Source: Rhodospirillales bacterium (lineage in GTDB: Bacteria > Pseudomonadota > Alphaproteobacteria > Bin95). From it: 49,441 nucleotides of DNA. The DNA lies in NCBI GenBank assembly GCA_038143065.1, contig JAYQLI010000004.1:1-49441 (forward strand), in the 5' to 3' direction. The translations under genes and the position numbers were made by a program. The notes below the pieces were generated by a model. The model did not search any database and had not been told where the DNA came from. It saw only the letters and a program-made list of their open reading frames with translations. Shown here piece by piece: positions 32,059-43,130 of this stretch. Each line of letters starts with the position of its first letter. The first letter of the stretch is position 1.

Positions 32059-32087
32059 GAAATGAGTGATCAAAAAAGAGGCTCGTA

Positions 32088-33008
32088 ATGCAGACTGATA
32101 TTTTTTCACTGCCTGGTAAATTCTGGCGCGGCAATCTTCATACTCATTCCACACGCTCTGACGGGGTGCTGGAGCCTGCAGAAGTATGCCGTCGCTATAA
32201 AGCCGAAGGCTACGATTTTATTGCGCTGACGGACCATTTTATTGGTCGTTACGATTATCCAATCACCGATACGACCGATTTCAGGGATGTAGATTTCACA
32301 ACAATTCTTGGTGCTGAACTGCATTCGGGCGCCATGGAAAATGGGGAGCTCTGGCATATTCTTGCGGTCGGATTACCTCCTGATTTTGCCCGGCCTGACG
32401 CGCCTGACTTTTACGCCACGCCTTATCAGGAAAGCGGTCCTGCACTGGCTGCACGTGCTTGCGCCTCCGGAGCCTTTGTGGCTGTGGCACACCCGGAATG
32501 GTCGGGCTTGACGACGGCAGATGCACGAAGCATCGAAGCAGCTCATGCAGTCGAAGTTTACAACCATGGCTGTGCGACTGGCTGCGACCGTCCCCACGGC
32601 TTTTACACGCTCGATCAATTGTTAACAGAAGGGCGCAAGTTGACGTTGTGTGCCACCGATGACGCACATTTTTCTGAACCGGACCATTTTGGCGGATGGG
32701 TAATGGTTAAATCCAAAGAGAATACACCCGAGGCATTACTAGAAGCCTTGAAAGCCGGAAGTTATTATAGCTCGACCGGACCGGAGCTGTACGGCCTACA
32801 CTGGGGGGACAGGAGTGTAATCGTTGAAAGCTCAGCCGTGCGATCAGTGATTGTGCAAGGCCAAGGGTCTGCCGCGGTCGCGATGCACGGTCATTCTATG
32901 ACGCGCACCGGGGTTGCGTTAGAGCGATTTAAAAACAGCGGCTGGTTGCGCGTCACGGTGATCGACGCCGCTGGAAATCGCGCATGGTCCAACCCGTTTT
33001 GGCGTTGA
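32088..33008 (+). CDS. PHP-domain (CehA/McbA-like) metal-dependent phosphoesterase
   Basis: Intact 306 aa. GNLHTHS, TDH, AHP, EVYN, DDAH and AWSNP motifs. Confidence 0.85.
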   Translation: MQTDIFSLPGKFWRGNLHTHSTRSDGVLEPAEVCRRYKAEGYDFIALTDHFIGRYDYPITDTTDFRDVDFTTILGAELHSGAMENGELWHILAVGLPPDFARPDAPDFYATPYQESGPALAARACASGAFVAVAHPEWSGLTTADARSIEAAHAVEVYNHGCATGCDRPHGFYTLDQLLTEGRKLTLCATDDAHFSEPDHFGGWVMVKSKENTPEALLEALKAGSYYSSTGPELYGLHWGDRSVIVESSAVRSVIVQGQGSAAVAMHGHSMTRTGVALERFKNSGWLRVTVIDAAGNRAWSNPFWR

Positions 33009-33194
33009 TTTGACCCCGACGTCGTTACGAGTTTGACGAAGCATCGTTAACCCTGAAGGGCATAAAAAAATTGCACCTCGAATAAAAGATATTTAAGCTT
33101 TTTATTAGCTGAGACTAGCAGGGTAACACCGCCAAAAATCATTTTCACTATGGCCGACCAATATGCTTGCAAAGCTATCAATTTTTGACTCATG

Positions 33195-33300
33195 CAATAC
33201 AACCAGATCAGACCTTATCACGCATTAAACATGCGTCCACCCGTACCAGAAACCTTATTAGAGAAACCAAAATCAATGGACGAATATAGGGAGCTAGACA
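33195..33300 (+). mobile_element. IS3-family right-end remnant (same element type as 12528-12722, inverted)
   Basis: QYNQIRPYHALNMRPPVPETLLEKPK. Terminus GGGAGCTAGACA. Confidence 0.8.
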
Positions 33301-33605
33301 ATCCCAGTCTATATTTAGCTGCATTAAAACTTGTGCGCGAACGAGTTCTTACCTTGGAACAAAGTTGGGATTTAATTTCGCGTAATCCTGCTCGTATTAT
33401 GAGGCTTGATGACGTGGGTGAACTAGCTTTTGACAAACGGGCAAATATTGTAATCGTTGATCGATCTAACACGGCTATCGAGGCTACAGTTAGCAAAGGA
33501 AAGTTTGCATTTGTGAGCGGAAAGTTTATGGATAGTTTTATTTTCCAAAACATTGGCATAAGCACTGTTGCTGCTTCAAAGGTAGCTATCCGTATTTGTA
33601 TATAA
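33301..33605 (+). pseudogene. C-terminal fragment of another PhnM-like gene, truncated by IS3
   Basis: PSLYLAA…SWDLISRNPARIMRLDDVGEL..DKRANIVIVD matches PhnM C-termini. Confidence 0.7.
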
Positions 33606-34200
33606 ATGCTTCGACAGATAAATTTCTAAAATCCGGCAAGCATTCTTCTATTTTGTCATGATCCCAGTCCCACCATGCCAATTCAATCATTTTGTTTGCT
33701 AATCTGCGGGCAAGCCTAACTCGAAGAGGTTTGGCAGGGACCCCCGCAACGATGGTATATGGGGAAACACTTTTCGTTACGACCGCACCCGAGGCTATAA
33801 CGGCACCATGTCCTATTGTTATATCTGGCTTAATTTGTGCATTGTGTCCCAACCAGGTATCATGCCCGATATATGAAATGCGGTTCTCTCTTTTTTCAAA
33901 CCATGCATTATCAGCAGCTGCGTTATCCCAATAGTCATCCGAACGATACTGAAAGTGATGCAGACTTGCGCGGTCTAAAGGATGATCAGAAGCGCCTATT
34001 CGGACAAAGCTTGCTATATTTGAAAACTTTCCCACAGATGCGTTGGCGATGTCTGTGTATCTGTCACAATATGAGTAATCACCAATTATAGAGTTGTTTA
34101 TTCTCGAGCCCCTGCCGATCTCACAGTAGCGCCCAACGGTACTGTCTATAAATTCGACATCTGAATGAATGTACGGGCTTTCGGGTTTTAATCTTGCCAT
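33586..34200 (-). CDS. Hexapeptide-repeat (CatB-like) acyltransferase of phosphonate clusters
   Basis: IGDYSYC, VGKFSNIAS, IGHDTWLGH, IVAGVPAK and LAWWDW. Confidence 0.85.
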   Translation of the reverse strand: MARLKPESPYIHSDVEFIDSTVGRYCEIGRGSRINNSIIGDYSYCDRYTDIANASVGKFSNIASFVRIGASDHPLDRASLHHFQYRSDDYWDNAAADNAWFEKRENRISYIGHDTWLGHNAQIKPDITIGHGAVIASGAVVTKSVSPYTIVAGVPAKPLRVRLARRLANKMIELAWWDWDHDKIEECLPDFRNLSVEAFIYKYG

Positions 34201-35527
34201 TATGCTGATGAGATGAACTTAACTGTCCAAGGACCCCTTGATCAATCGTTGTCGGATTTTTCCTGATAGCCAGTCAGTAGCTGTGACCAGAAATATTATT
34301 AATATAATGTAATAAGTCACTTCTTCCCAGTTACTTTGGGTGATAATTGCCTGAGTAAGCATCAGGCCTATACCTCCACCGACCATCGCACCGATGACGG
34401 TTGCTCCACGAATATTTGATTCAAAGTAATATAAAATTTGACTGAGTAAAACCGGGGTAAGTTTGGGATAATTCCAAAACGATAGCGCTGTATATTTCGC
34501 GCTCCCGTTGACTTTACTCCGTCTATCTGTTTGCTGTCGACATTTTCTAGTGCCTCTGAAAATAGCTTTCCAAACGTACCGGTGTCAGTAACAACCATGG
34601 CTAGGGCCCCAGTTAGTGGTCCGGGTCCGAAAGCACGTGCCAAGATTATTGTCCATAACAAATGATCTAGGCCTCTGGTGAAATCAAATATCCGCCGGAA
34701 AAAAAACCTGATGGGCTGTAGAGGTGTAATATTTTTTGCTGCCAAGAAAGCAAGAGGGAAGGCTACCAAGGCGGCTCCAAATGTGCCCAAAAAAAGCCAT
34801 TAAAATAGTTTCTCCAATCGCCCAAGCAACATCGGAGTGCCTCCACATTTTATTGTACCAAAAATCTCTCATTATTTTTGACAGCTCGCCATTGACTGCT
34901 AGCGAGGCTAATTCAGATATGGTTTTGCCATGATATTGGCTGTCCAGTGTAAAGAAGAATAATTCCCAGCCATAAAAAATATCTGAATACTTCAGTACGA
35001 TTTCGGGTAATTGTGAGGCGACCTGCGTCCGTTGTAATAGTAACTCGGTTTTTTGACTGGTTTATCCACTCTGGTAATGGTCCATCTGGATATTCCGCCT
35101 GTACACCACGTAAACCGGGTTCAGCCCAAATTCTACCGTAATCAGGTACCTCATATACAACATCTTTTTCACCAAAATAAATCAAATGCCCGTTGCCTAG
35201 ATCTACTTTGCTTGTACTACCTAATTCTATCCACTCCGGTGCTTCTCCCGATGGATATCTACCTTTCTTTTCACCTTCAATTGATATTGAAATATCGCCT
35301 TTTCGGTTATCACGAGTGACATGCACTTTGTGGCTATACATGTCCCCCACTAAACTTTTTGCGTTTTTTAGCGACCCTCGCTCACTCAGGCCTAAGATAT
35401 CGAAGGAAATAAAAACATACGTGAGGTACGCCAAAATAGCGATTGGAATACCAAATGCCCAAGCACGTTTAAAATAAAAAAGCTCGTATACATCTGACTT
35501 AAAAGTTTCTGTGTTATTTATATTCAT
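34200..35527 (-). CDS. phnE: Phosphonate ABC permease, long form (frameshifted)
   Basis: N-terminal periplasmic extension, then AIGETILMAF, GPGPLTG and DTGTFGKLFSEALENVD. Confidence 0.85.
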
Positions 35528-36393
35528 AGAAACCCCTCAGATTTTCTGCCGTGTGTCAAACGATCCCGCAATATTCCAGACAGCTGATCAACAATAACAA
35601 TGGTTAAAAACAAAAGAACAAAAATAGCACCAGCTTCGTCGTATCGACCTTTACCCCACGAAATCGCATTTTTTAAATCATAACCAATTCCACCGGCACC
35701 AACAAAACCTAGAATAGCAGAAATACGAATGTTGATCTCAAACCGTAATAGGGCATAACTGAAATAGTTGGGCGAGACTTGTGGTACAACGCCAAGTAGC
35801 ATTTTTTGCATCCAACTTGCACCCACAGAGGACAATCCATCAATGGGCTGAAGTGATGCATTTTCGTTAACTTCCGAAAATAATTTTCCAAGCGCTCCTG
35901 TTGTGTGAAAGGTGATGGCAATCATGGCCGGGACAGGGCCACCGCCAAGAATAAAGATTAATACAAGCGCTATTACAAAATCAGGAATTGCTCTCATGAC
36001 GTCCAAGATACGTCTAAAAACTGGAATGAGCCGAGGCCACTTAGCCATGCCTTGCGTTGCGAGCATCGACAACATTATAGCAAATATTGACGCTACCAAG
36101 GTTGCTGCAGCCGCTATGTTAATCGTCTCTATTAGTGATGGAAAGAATTTGATGAAAAGACTGGGAATTTTTTCCGCTTTTTCATAAGCCTCTGAAATCA
36201 CTTCTCCGGGAAAGTCAAAGACTTTCGTAATACCCGCCCAAAAGCCGCCTGCATTCCTGCTATCTACAGTATTGAAGCCAGATATCATAAGAACGATAAA
36301 AACACCAAGTAGAATAACGCTATATGTGCGGCGTTTTTTTATAAGCTCGAAATAGTCTGCTTCGTATTTTTGAGTTGAGGTTATTTCAGACAT
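35524..36393 (-). CDS. phnE: Phosphonate ABC permease
   Basis: HTTGALGKLFSE and RFEINIRISAILGFVGAGGIG. Confidence 0.92.
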   Translation of the reverse strand: MSEITSTQKYEADYFELIKKRRTYSVILLGVFIVLMISGFNTVDSRNAGGFWAGITKVFDFPGEVISEAYEKAEKIPSLFIKFFPSLIETINIAAAATLVASIFAIMLSMLATQGMAKWPRLIPVFRRILDVMRAIPDFVIALVLIFILGGGPVPAMIAITFHTTGALGKLFSEVNENASLQPIDGLSSVGASWMQKMLLGVVPQVSPNYFSYALLRFEINIRISAILGFVGAGGIGYDLKNAISWGKGRYDEAGAIFVLLFLTIVIVDQLSGILRDRLTHGRKSEGFL

Positions 36394-36410
36394 TACATTC
36401 CTAAAGAGTT

Positions 36411-36437
36411 GGTAGGCCTTGATTAATGAGGCCTACC
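36411..36437 (-). other. Intercistronic stem-loop after phnD
   Basis: GGTAGGCCT-N9-AGGCCTACC. Confidence 0.6.
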
Positions 36438-36453
36438 GGTACGATTTTACTTT

Positions 36454-37362
36454 TTACTTTGATTTTAGCTTACGTGCTTCTACGATGATTTCGTATGCCT
36501 CATGACCTATCGGCATAACTCCCAGTCGTTCACCTGCAAAGACCCCGTAAGCGCATTCAGGATCCATTGAATGTAAACTTGCGGTTAAACCCGTGATCTT
36601 AACCTTCACGTCAGATGGAAGATCTTTCCTTATAACAACTGGACCCTCTGGAATCGGCTTTGACTGCCAAATTTGTACCATGTCATTCATATCAACAAGA
36701 CCTGCATCAACTGCTTTCCTTAACGCACCAGCATTGAAACCGTCTTCCCAATCACCAAGCCCATCGGCCCAAGTAACGCCTCCGTCTACATCGCCATTGT
36801 TAACGGCGACAATCGTCTGCTCATGACCACCGGTGAACTTAACTTCACCAAAATAATCACCGGAGTCCATAGTGGCACCAGTTGCTTGTGGAATTTCGAT
36901 TGATGGTATTAAATACCCGGAGGTTGAGTTCGGATCACCGAAACCAAAAACTTTTCCCTTCATGTCATCAAGGGATGATATACCGCTATCTTTTCTGGCA
37001 AAACCAACTGAATAATAACCGTAGCCACCGTCCATATTGACTGCAACTAGGATGGGTTCTACTGCTTCAGGATTTGCGATAAAGGTTTTGGCGTAACCTG
37101 ATGCACCCAGCCAAGCCATATCAATAGTACCACCCAAAAGACCCTGGATTACGCCATCGTAATCAGCAGGTGCAAATATTTTTGTGGGGACGCCGAGTAG
37201 ATCTTCGGCTTTTTCACGAAAGCATTCATTATTTGTTAAGCGGTCTTGTGCGTTTTCTCCACCTAATATTCCAATACGAAACTCAGATATTGAGTGACCA
37301 CCCGCAAATGAAGCGGTTGATAACGCTGTAGAAGCGATAAGTGCTGATACTAATTTCTTCAT
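36454..37362 (-). CDS. phnD: Phosphonate ABC substrate-binding protein (canonical alphaproteobacterial PhnD)
   Basis: FRIGILGGENAQDR, DYDGVIQG, DPNSTSGYLIP and GGHEQ. Confidence 0.92.
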   Translation of the reverse strand: MKKLVSALIASTALSTASFAGGHSISEFRIGILGGENAQDRLTNNECFREKAEDLLGVPTKIFAPADYDGVIQGLLGGTIDMAWLGASGYAKTFIANPEAVEPILVAVNMDGGYGYYSVGFARKDSGISSLDDMKGKVFGFGDPNSTSGYLIPSIEIPQATGATMDSGDYFGEVKFTGGHEQTIVAVNNGDVDGGVTWADGLGDWEDGFNAGALRKAVDAGLVDMNDMVQIWQSKPIPEGPVVIRKDLPSDVKVKITGLTASLHSMDPECAYGVFAGERLGVMPIGHEAYEIIVEARKLKSK

Positions 37363-37409
37363 AATTTATCTCCGATATTGCCCGCTATATTTTTATGGGC
37401 TGATTGAAA

Positions 37410-38205
37410 TTAAACTGAAACAAGATTAAACTCTCGTATTTCAGTTGATGTTGCCGCCTCGGAAAAATCAGAGCCAGCACCATATATTTTGCGAGCTACT
37501 TCGGTTGTCAGTTCAGACGGTGTCCCGTCAAAAACTACATTGCCATTTCGCATTCCAATCACACGATCGCAGTATCTTCTCGCAGTATCTAAGGTGTGTA
37601 GGTTCGCAATCACAGTCCGCCCATCTTCGTCATGTATGCGACGAAGAGTTTCCATAACAATTTGCGCATTCATCGGATCTAGAGATGCTATTGGTTCATC
37701 TGCTAAGATCATTTTTGGGATCTTGCATGAGCGCTCTTGCTATCGCAACTCTTTGTTGCTGCCCACCAGAAAGCGCTTCTGCTCTTTTCGCGAGGTGCTC
37801 TGCAACTCCAAGTCGGCCCAAAATTTCAATGGCAGTATGTATATCAGACTTAGGATATAAATTGAAAAAAGGTGGCAAAGGTAGATCTTTTATTCAATGT
37901 GCCATGAAGGACATTGCTTACAACATCCATGCGGGGGACTAAGTTAAATTGTTGAAAGATCATTGCGCAATTCGATTGCCATTTTGCTTTTGCTGCGCCG
38001 CGTAAATCTGATACTGATAAACGTTGAAATAAATACTCCCGGAGGTTTGCGTCTCTAGCCGATTTATCATTCGCAAGAGAGTAGATTTTCCTGCTCCAGA
38101 GGCTCCAATGATGCCAAGCATTATTGGTTTCTCTACGTCAATTGAGACTGAATTTACAGCAATATTAGACCCAAATTTTTTAGTCAGGTTACTTATTTTT
38201 AGCAT
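37410..38205 (-). CDS. phnC: Phosphonate ABC ATP-binding protein (several frameshifts)
   Basis: [44 protein letters not shown] and [12 protein letters not shown]. Confidence 0.9.
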
Positions 38206-38265
38206 GATTCCCCGAATTCAGATTCGGGTGTATCTCAACATTGTTGTACTTTTGTGAAGTTTTTC

Positions 38266-38283
38266 ATAAAATTTATATGACGG
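38266..38283 (-). promoter_or_regulatory. Pho-box-like site upstream of phnC
   Basis: Minus strand CCGTCAT-ATAA-ATTTTAT. Second half is weak. Confidence 0.4.
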
Positions 38284-38289
38284 TTCAGG

Positions 38290-39220
38290 TTATTCTTTCT
38301 TCAACAAAATTGGATTGGACCAAGCTTTCTTATTTGCCTGATCGACCTCAGTAATTCTAACCCACCTCCCTTTAACAAACCGGCTTAATGAAAGTGAAAT
38401 TTTTGAAATAGACTCCCCATGATGGGCGGTAGCTGCGGAACCTTGGCCTTGCAAAATAACACTGCTAACAGCACTTGTATGAATGTTAATTTTTTTCTCT
38501 GATATTGAGATATTTTTAAGCTCAGGCCCTTGGCTTGAATAAAATGCACCGGATTTTAATGCTTTCAAAAGATATTCAGGTTCATTTTCTTCTGATTTCA
38601 CCATTAGCCATCCACCGAAGTGATCTGGTTCTGTAAAGTGCGCATCGTCAGTAGCAATAAGATTTAATCGCCTGTTATTAGAGAGTAATAAATCAAGGGT
38701 GTGAAAGCCATCCGCCCGGTCTGCTCCTACAGCACATCCGTGGTTATAAACCTCAACTGCGTGCGCTGCAGATATTGAAAGTGCATCCTTAAAGCTCAGT
38801 CCGGACCAATGTGGGTGAGCAATAGCAACAAAGGCTCCTGCGTTGACTGCCCGCAAAGCTATTTCTGGACCACTCTCTTGATCTCTAATAGGTAGAAAAT
38901 GTGGGGAGTTGGATGGTTTAAAATCAGTCGGAAGTCCTACTGCCAGTATATGCCAAAGTTCACCATTCTCCAATGCACCGGAATGCAGCTCTGCACCGAT
39001 AAGCGTTGTGAAATTCTCATCTCTAAAGCCGGACGTATCTGTTAAAGGATAATCGTAAAGTCCGATAAAATGATCGGTAACGGAAATAAAGTCATATCCT
39101 TGGTTTTTTGTATCTTCGGCATACTTCGCCTGGGTCTAGCAACCCGTCGGACAGATTTGAATGAGTATGTATATTTCCTCGCCAGAACTTTCCAGGATTT
39201 TCAAATGCAGATAAATTCAT
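38290..39220 (-). CDS. PHP-domain phosphoesterase, second full copy (frameshift ~39105)
   Basis: FWRGNIHTHS, ENGELWHILAVGLP, DDAHFTEPDHFGGW and AWSNP. Confidence 0.85.
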
Positions 39221-39276
39221 AAACGGTTCTTTATATTACAATATAATAAGGAAGTTAGATATTTATTGTAACCTTA

Positions 39277-40502
39277 TTATGAACGAATTAATTCTAATTG
39301 ATTTGAATGTACTATCTTACCATTTGATATTGTTGCAACGACAGAGGCATAGTTATTTTCATGCCAATTTAGTAGTAATAAATCTGCTCTTTTGCCAACT
39401 TCAACTACTCCCCTATCCTCTAAATTCATTGCTGAGGCTGGCCCGCTGGACACCAATCTCCAGAGATCTTCTAAAGGGGCGCGTTGATCTCGGTATAATT
39501 TATGAATTGAACCAAGCAGCGCTGGGTAATAATAATCTGATGCAAGTACGTCACACAACCCGTCTTCGACCATATCACCGGCATTAACAGACCCCGTATG
39601 GCTGCCACCTCTTAAAACGTTAGGTGCGCCAAAAACAATAATGTCATTACCATTCTTTGCATTTCTTGCTACCTGAGCGGTCATTGGGAATTCTGCAGTT
39701 TTGGCTCCAAAGCTCTCGGAAGAAATCTCTAGTTTCATGCTGTGTATCATCATGGCTAAGCATTGGTATGTTTTTACTATTTGCTATTTTCGCAAGCTGT
39801 TTTATTTTGTCTGGAACTTCGCTTTTTCTCTCCCAAATTTGTCCCAGCCTAGCTAGATGCTCTTTTTCGCTCATGCCAGATCTTTTAAGTTTTGAGCTAA
39901 TTCAGTGAGCAATCTTGGATCATTCAAATCAGCTGCCTTGAGCCTTCGGAATGTTCAAACGGTCTCTCCTGAAGTGTGGTATTGAATGGTCGCATAGTGA
40001 TAGAAGTATGGTCATTAAATGCCAATGCCGGGGGTAAAGAATTTGAAAACGACTTTTCTATAAGTTCAATTGCTTCAAATGCGAAAGTTTCCCATCTTAT
40101 TTGGATTCTGTTTTCAACAGACAAACGCTCTGAGAATTTATTGATATAGGATATAAGCTCAGATGACTTGCCAGTCGATCTCAGACCATCCTCCCAACTG
40201 AAGGTTATTGCGTGATAGGCTGTAGTAATCCCATTGGTAGAAAGCTGTTTATCAGTTTCTGATATTGCAATGTTCAATGGAATTTCCACACCAGGTCTGG
40301 GCATTATTTGCCTTTCGAAAGCATCCCCATGGATGTCAATCAGTGAGGGCGTTAACAGTAAATTTTACCATTGATTATAATTTCGCCATTAAGTTTATCT
40401 CCAATTTCACTAATCAAACCATTTTCTATTAACACATGTTTCGATAATACCTGTTGGGAATAAAACGTTGGCTCCTTGAATAAGAATTGACTGAAAATTC
40501 AT
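39277..40502 (-). CDS. phnM: PhnM-like amidohydrolase, module copy 2 (frameshifted)
   Basis: Collinear with 18713-19951 (MPRPGV, FNDHTSITMRPFNT, GAPNVLRGGSH, ASDYYYP). Confidence 0.8.
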
Positions 40503-40544
40503 CGATTAAATTCACATTCTTTCTGATTACCTAATTATTGGTCA

Positions 40545-41359
40545 CTAGCGATTGATAATTTTTTGTCTGGCATAATTACTGGATTTGCTCAATTCTAAAA
40601 CAAGTATGAAAATCATTCCGATAATGACCATTGCTCTATCATATGAGAAAAAATTGAATAAACTTTGTAATTGCAAGCCAATACCTCCTGCACCAACTAT
40701 ACCCAAGACCACAGACGATCTGACTGCCTTTTCGAAAGCAAATGGTGAGGTTGCAATGAAAACCTGGCATCGCAGCTGGAATAACTGCAGAAAAAACGGC
40801 GTCCACTTTTGTCGCCCACAACATTCCAGAGCTTCGGCAGGGCTCTTATCGACCTCCTCATTTCTTCGGCAAAAAATCGTCCACAAAATCCAATAGTGTG
40901 TCACCATTATCGCAAGCGTGCCCGCAAATGCCCCCAGACCAACTACAACAACAAAAATGATTGCCCAAACGAGGTCCGGGACTGTTCTGAAGAAAGCAAT
41001 TATTCCCTTTGAAAAAACCTGTATTGGCCTAAGATACGGCGACGTAAACAGCAAATCCTTAGAAGCTAGTAATGCTAGTACAAACCAAAATTACCTAATA
41101 TGGTACCAGCAAAAGCCATTTGAATTGTTTCTACTAGTGCAGCTAAATATCTGAAGAAGGCATCCCAAGTAATTCCGGTGTTCTGAAAAAGGTGGAAAAG
41201 CTCTTCTCAGAAAATCCCATAGGTATTCTGGACTTCCAATTAATTTTGAGAAAGAAAAACCAGATCTGAAAAAGACCAACCAGAAAATAGTGCAAAAAGT
41301 ACCAAACATAATATGTAAAAATGTAATTTGGGAGGCAAGCGTCGCGGTGCATCATCCAT
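40545..41359 (-). CDS. phnE: Phosphonate ABC permease, module copy 2 (frameshifted)
   Basis: Collinear with 17854-18673 (FFRTVPDLVWAIIF, LGIVGAGGIGLQL). Confidence 0.8.
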
Positions 41360-42116
41360 ATTCACTTATAAGATCCTCCGATTTGAGTGTATCTGTTTTT
41401 TCGTTTAAGCTGATATTCCCGTTCTTTAAGGCAATGATCCTATCGGCATAGTCAAGGCTTGATCTGTATTGTGAGAGGTGAATAAAGAGCGTGATTTTTC
41501 TTTTCCTTACATAGCTTAAAGAACAAACTCATTACTTGTTGGCCTGCAATAGGGTCAAGACTTGCAGCTGGCTCATCTGCTATAATTAGTTCTGGATCTT
41601 GCATTAGAGCACGCGCAATTGCGACCCGTTGAGATTGGCCTCCAGAAAGCGAGTCAGCTCTCTCTTGAGCGCTAATGACTCCAGCCCTACCATTCTTAGA
41701 CAATTGATAGCCTTTGATCTAACAGAATTTGGTGCAGTAACATGAGCCCAACGACCAATCGCTGAAAGTGGCAACATAGATTTATTATTCGCTTCTCCGA
41801 TTGAACCGTGAATCACATTTGAAAGTACCGACAGTCGTGGAACAAGGTTGTGCTTCTGGAATACAACGCCAACGTTAGAGCGCATTTTCCGAAGCTTTAA
41901 CTGCGACATGGAATTAACTCTATTATCGAATATGTCTATTGAAGCCGCTGTCAGGTTTTGTTAAAAAAGTGCGCATTTTATCAAAGTTGACTTGCCGGCC
42001 CCGTTGGACCCGATAATAGACAGCGCTTCACCTTTCGGAACCTCGAAATTTAAGCCGTCTAGAACTATTTTGCCATTATATGATTTTCTTAGATCAGCGA
42101 TCTTTAATACTATCAT
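41352..42116 (-). CDS. phnC: Phosphonate ABC ATP-binding protein, module copy 2 (frameshifted)
   Basis: Collinear with 17101-17861 ([29 protein letters not shown]). Confidence 0.8.
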
Positions 42117-42131
42117 TTTTAACCCAAAAGC

Positions 42132-42158
42132 AGTCTTGGATTGAAAAAATCCAAGACT
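42132..42158 (-). other. Intercistronic stem-loop after phnD copy 2
   Basis: AGTCTTGGATT-N5-AATCCAAGACT. Confidence 0.6.
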
Positions 42159-42183
42159 CCTGGAAAAAAGTGTTTATCTGTAG

Positions 42184-43079
42184 TTAGTCTAAAATTAAAT
42201 TCAGGCATGCCTGCTGCAACTGCATCTCTCTTACTGCGTCGTAGTCGGAGTCATTTAAAGGAACTAACCTAGTGCCTTCGTACTTGGAATGGGCTGCAGT
42301 GCCGTCGTTAGCATCGACACCTCTGAAAAGAGCTTCCAACAACATTTTTTCATTCTCGACAATTGCGTTTTTGATGGTGTTATATTCTTCACCTTTGATA
42401 TGACCGCCGCCATTATCATGTCCATGGGTAGGTCGCCTGAGCGAAGTAATACTTTGTAATCACCATTTCCGGTAGGTTCTTTACTTCTGCTATATTTTAT
42501 CCAACTTCTAACATTTGTCGCCAGACCATCTGTGTCACCGCGAACCATTGCCGGATGTTGTAGAGATTTACTGGTAAAGACTGCTTCGATATCCGTAGTG
42601 GATCGATACCATAGTCCTTTAGTAGTTTCATGGGGCAAAAGTGATATGAAGTAGATCCCTGTTTGAAGGAAATTTTCTTACCTTTAAGGTCTGATGCTTT
42701 GGTGTATCCATCGGCTGTTTTTACCACAATCACAGTAATAATCAGGGCGTGCTATACCTATCATTGCTTCACCATTTGTGAGTTTGTTTATGTGGCTACA
42801 TACTCCGCAGGTCAGTAAATGCTAAGTCTACTTCGCCGGCTCGCATCGCTTCTGCTGCTCCTGTGTGACTAGCAACTTGTATCAATTTCATCTCTGCGTT
42901 TAATATCGATGCCAATGCCTCTGCTAACGGGCCCCATTCAGATACCATTTCTTCCATAGATTCGGCATCCGTTACAGTCATCGTGTAGGTTTTACCATGT
43001 GATCCAGCCAGAACAATGTTGAAAGAACTTGCAAAAGAACTGCAATTATTGTCGTAAAAAGGCGTGATAATTTCATCAT
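42184..43079 (-). CDS. phnD: PhnD-family substrate-binding protein, module copy 2 (frameshifted)
   Basis: Collinear with 16144-17043 (MTVTDAESMEE, KQGSTSYHFCPMK, LLRSGDLPMD). Confidence 0.8.
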
Positions 43080-43130
43080 TTTAAGTCACTCCAAAAAAGG
43101 TTAAGAAGTGTTTGGTTTCTCATAGAAAAA

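Noticed and set aside
12528-33300. Active composite transposon
   Set aside because: Both IS copies are short remnants without a transposase, they have diverged, and there is no target-site duplication.
33192-33605. 137-aa ORF as a novel fusion protein
   Set aside because: Chance in-frame junction of an IS3 end and a phnM C-terminal fragment.
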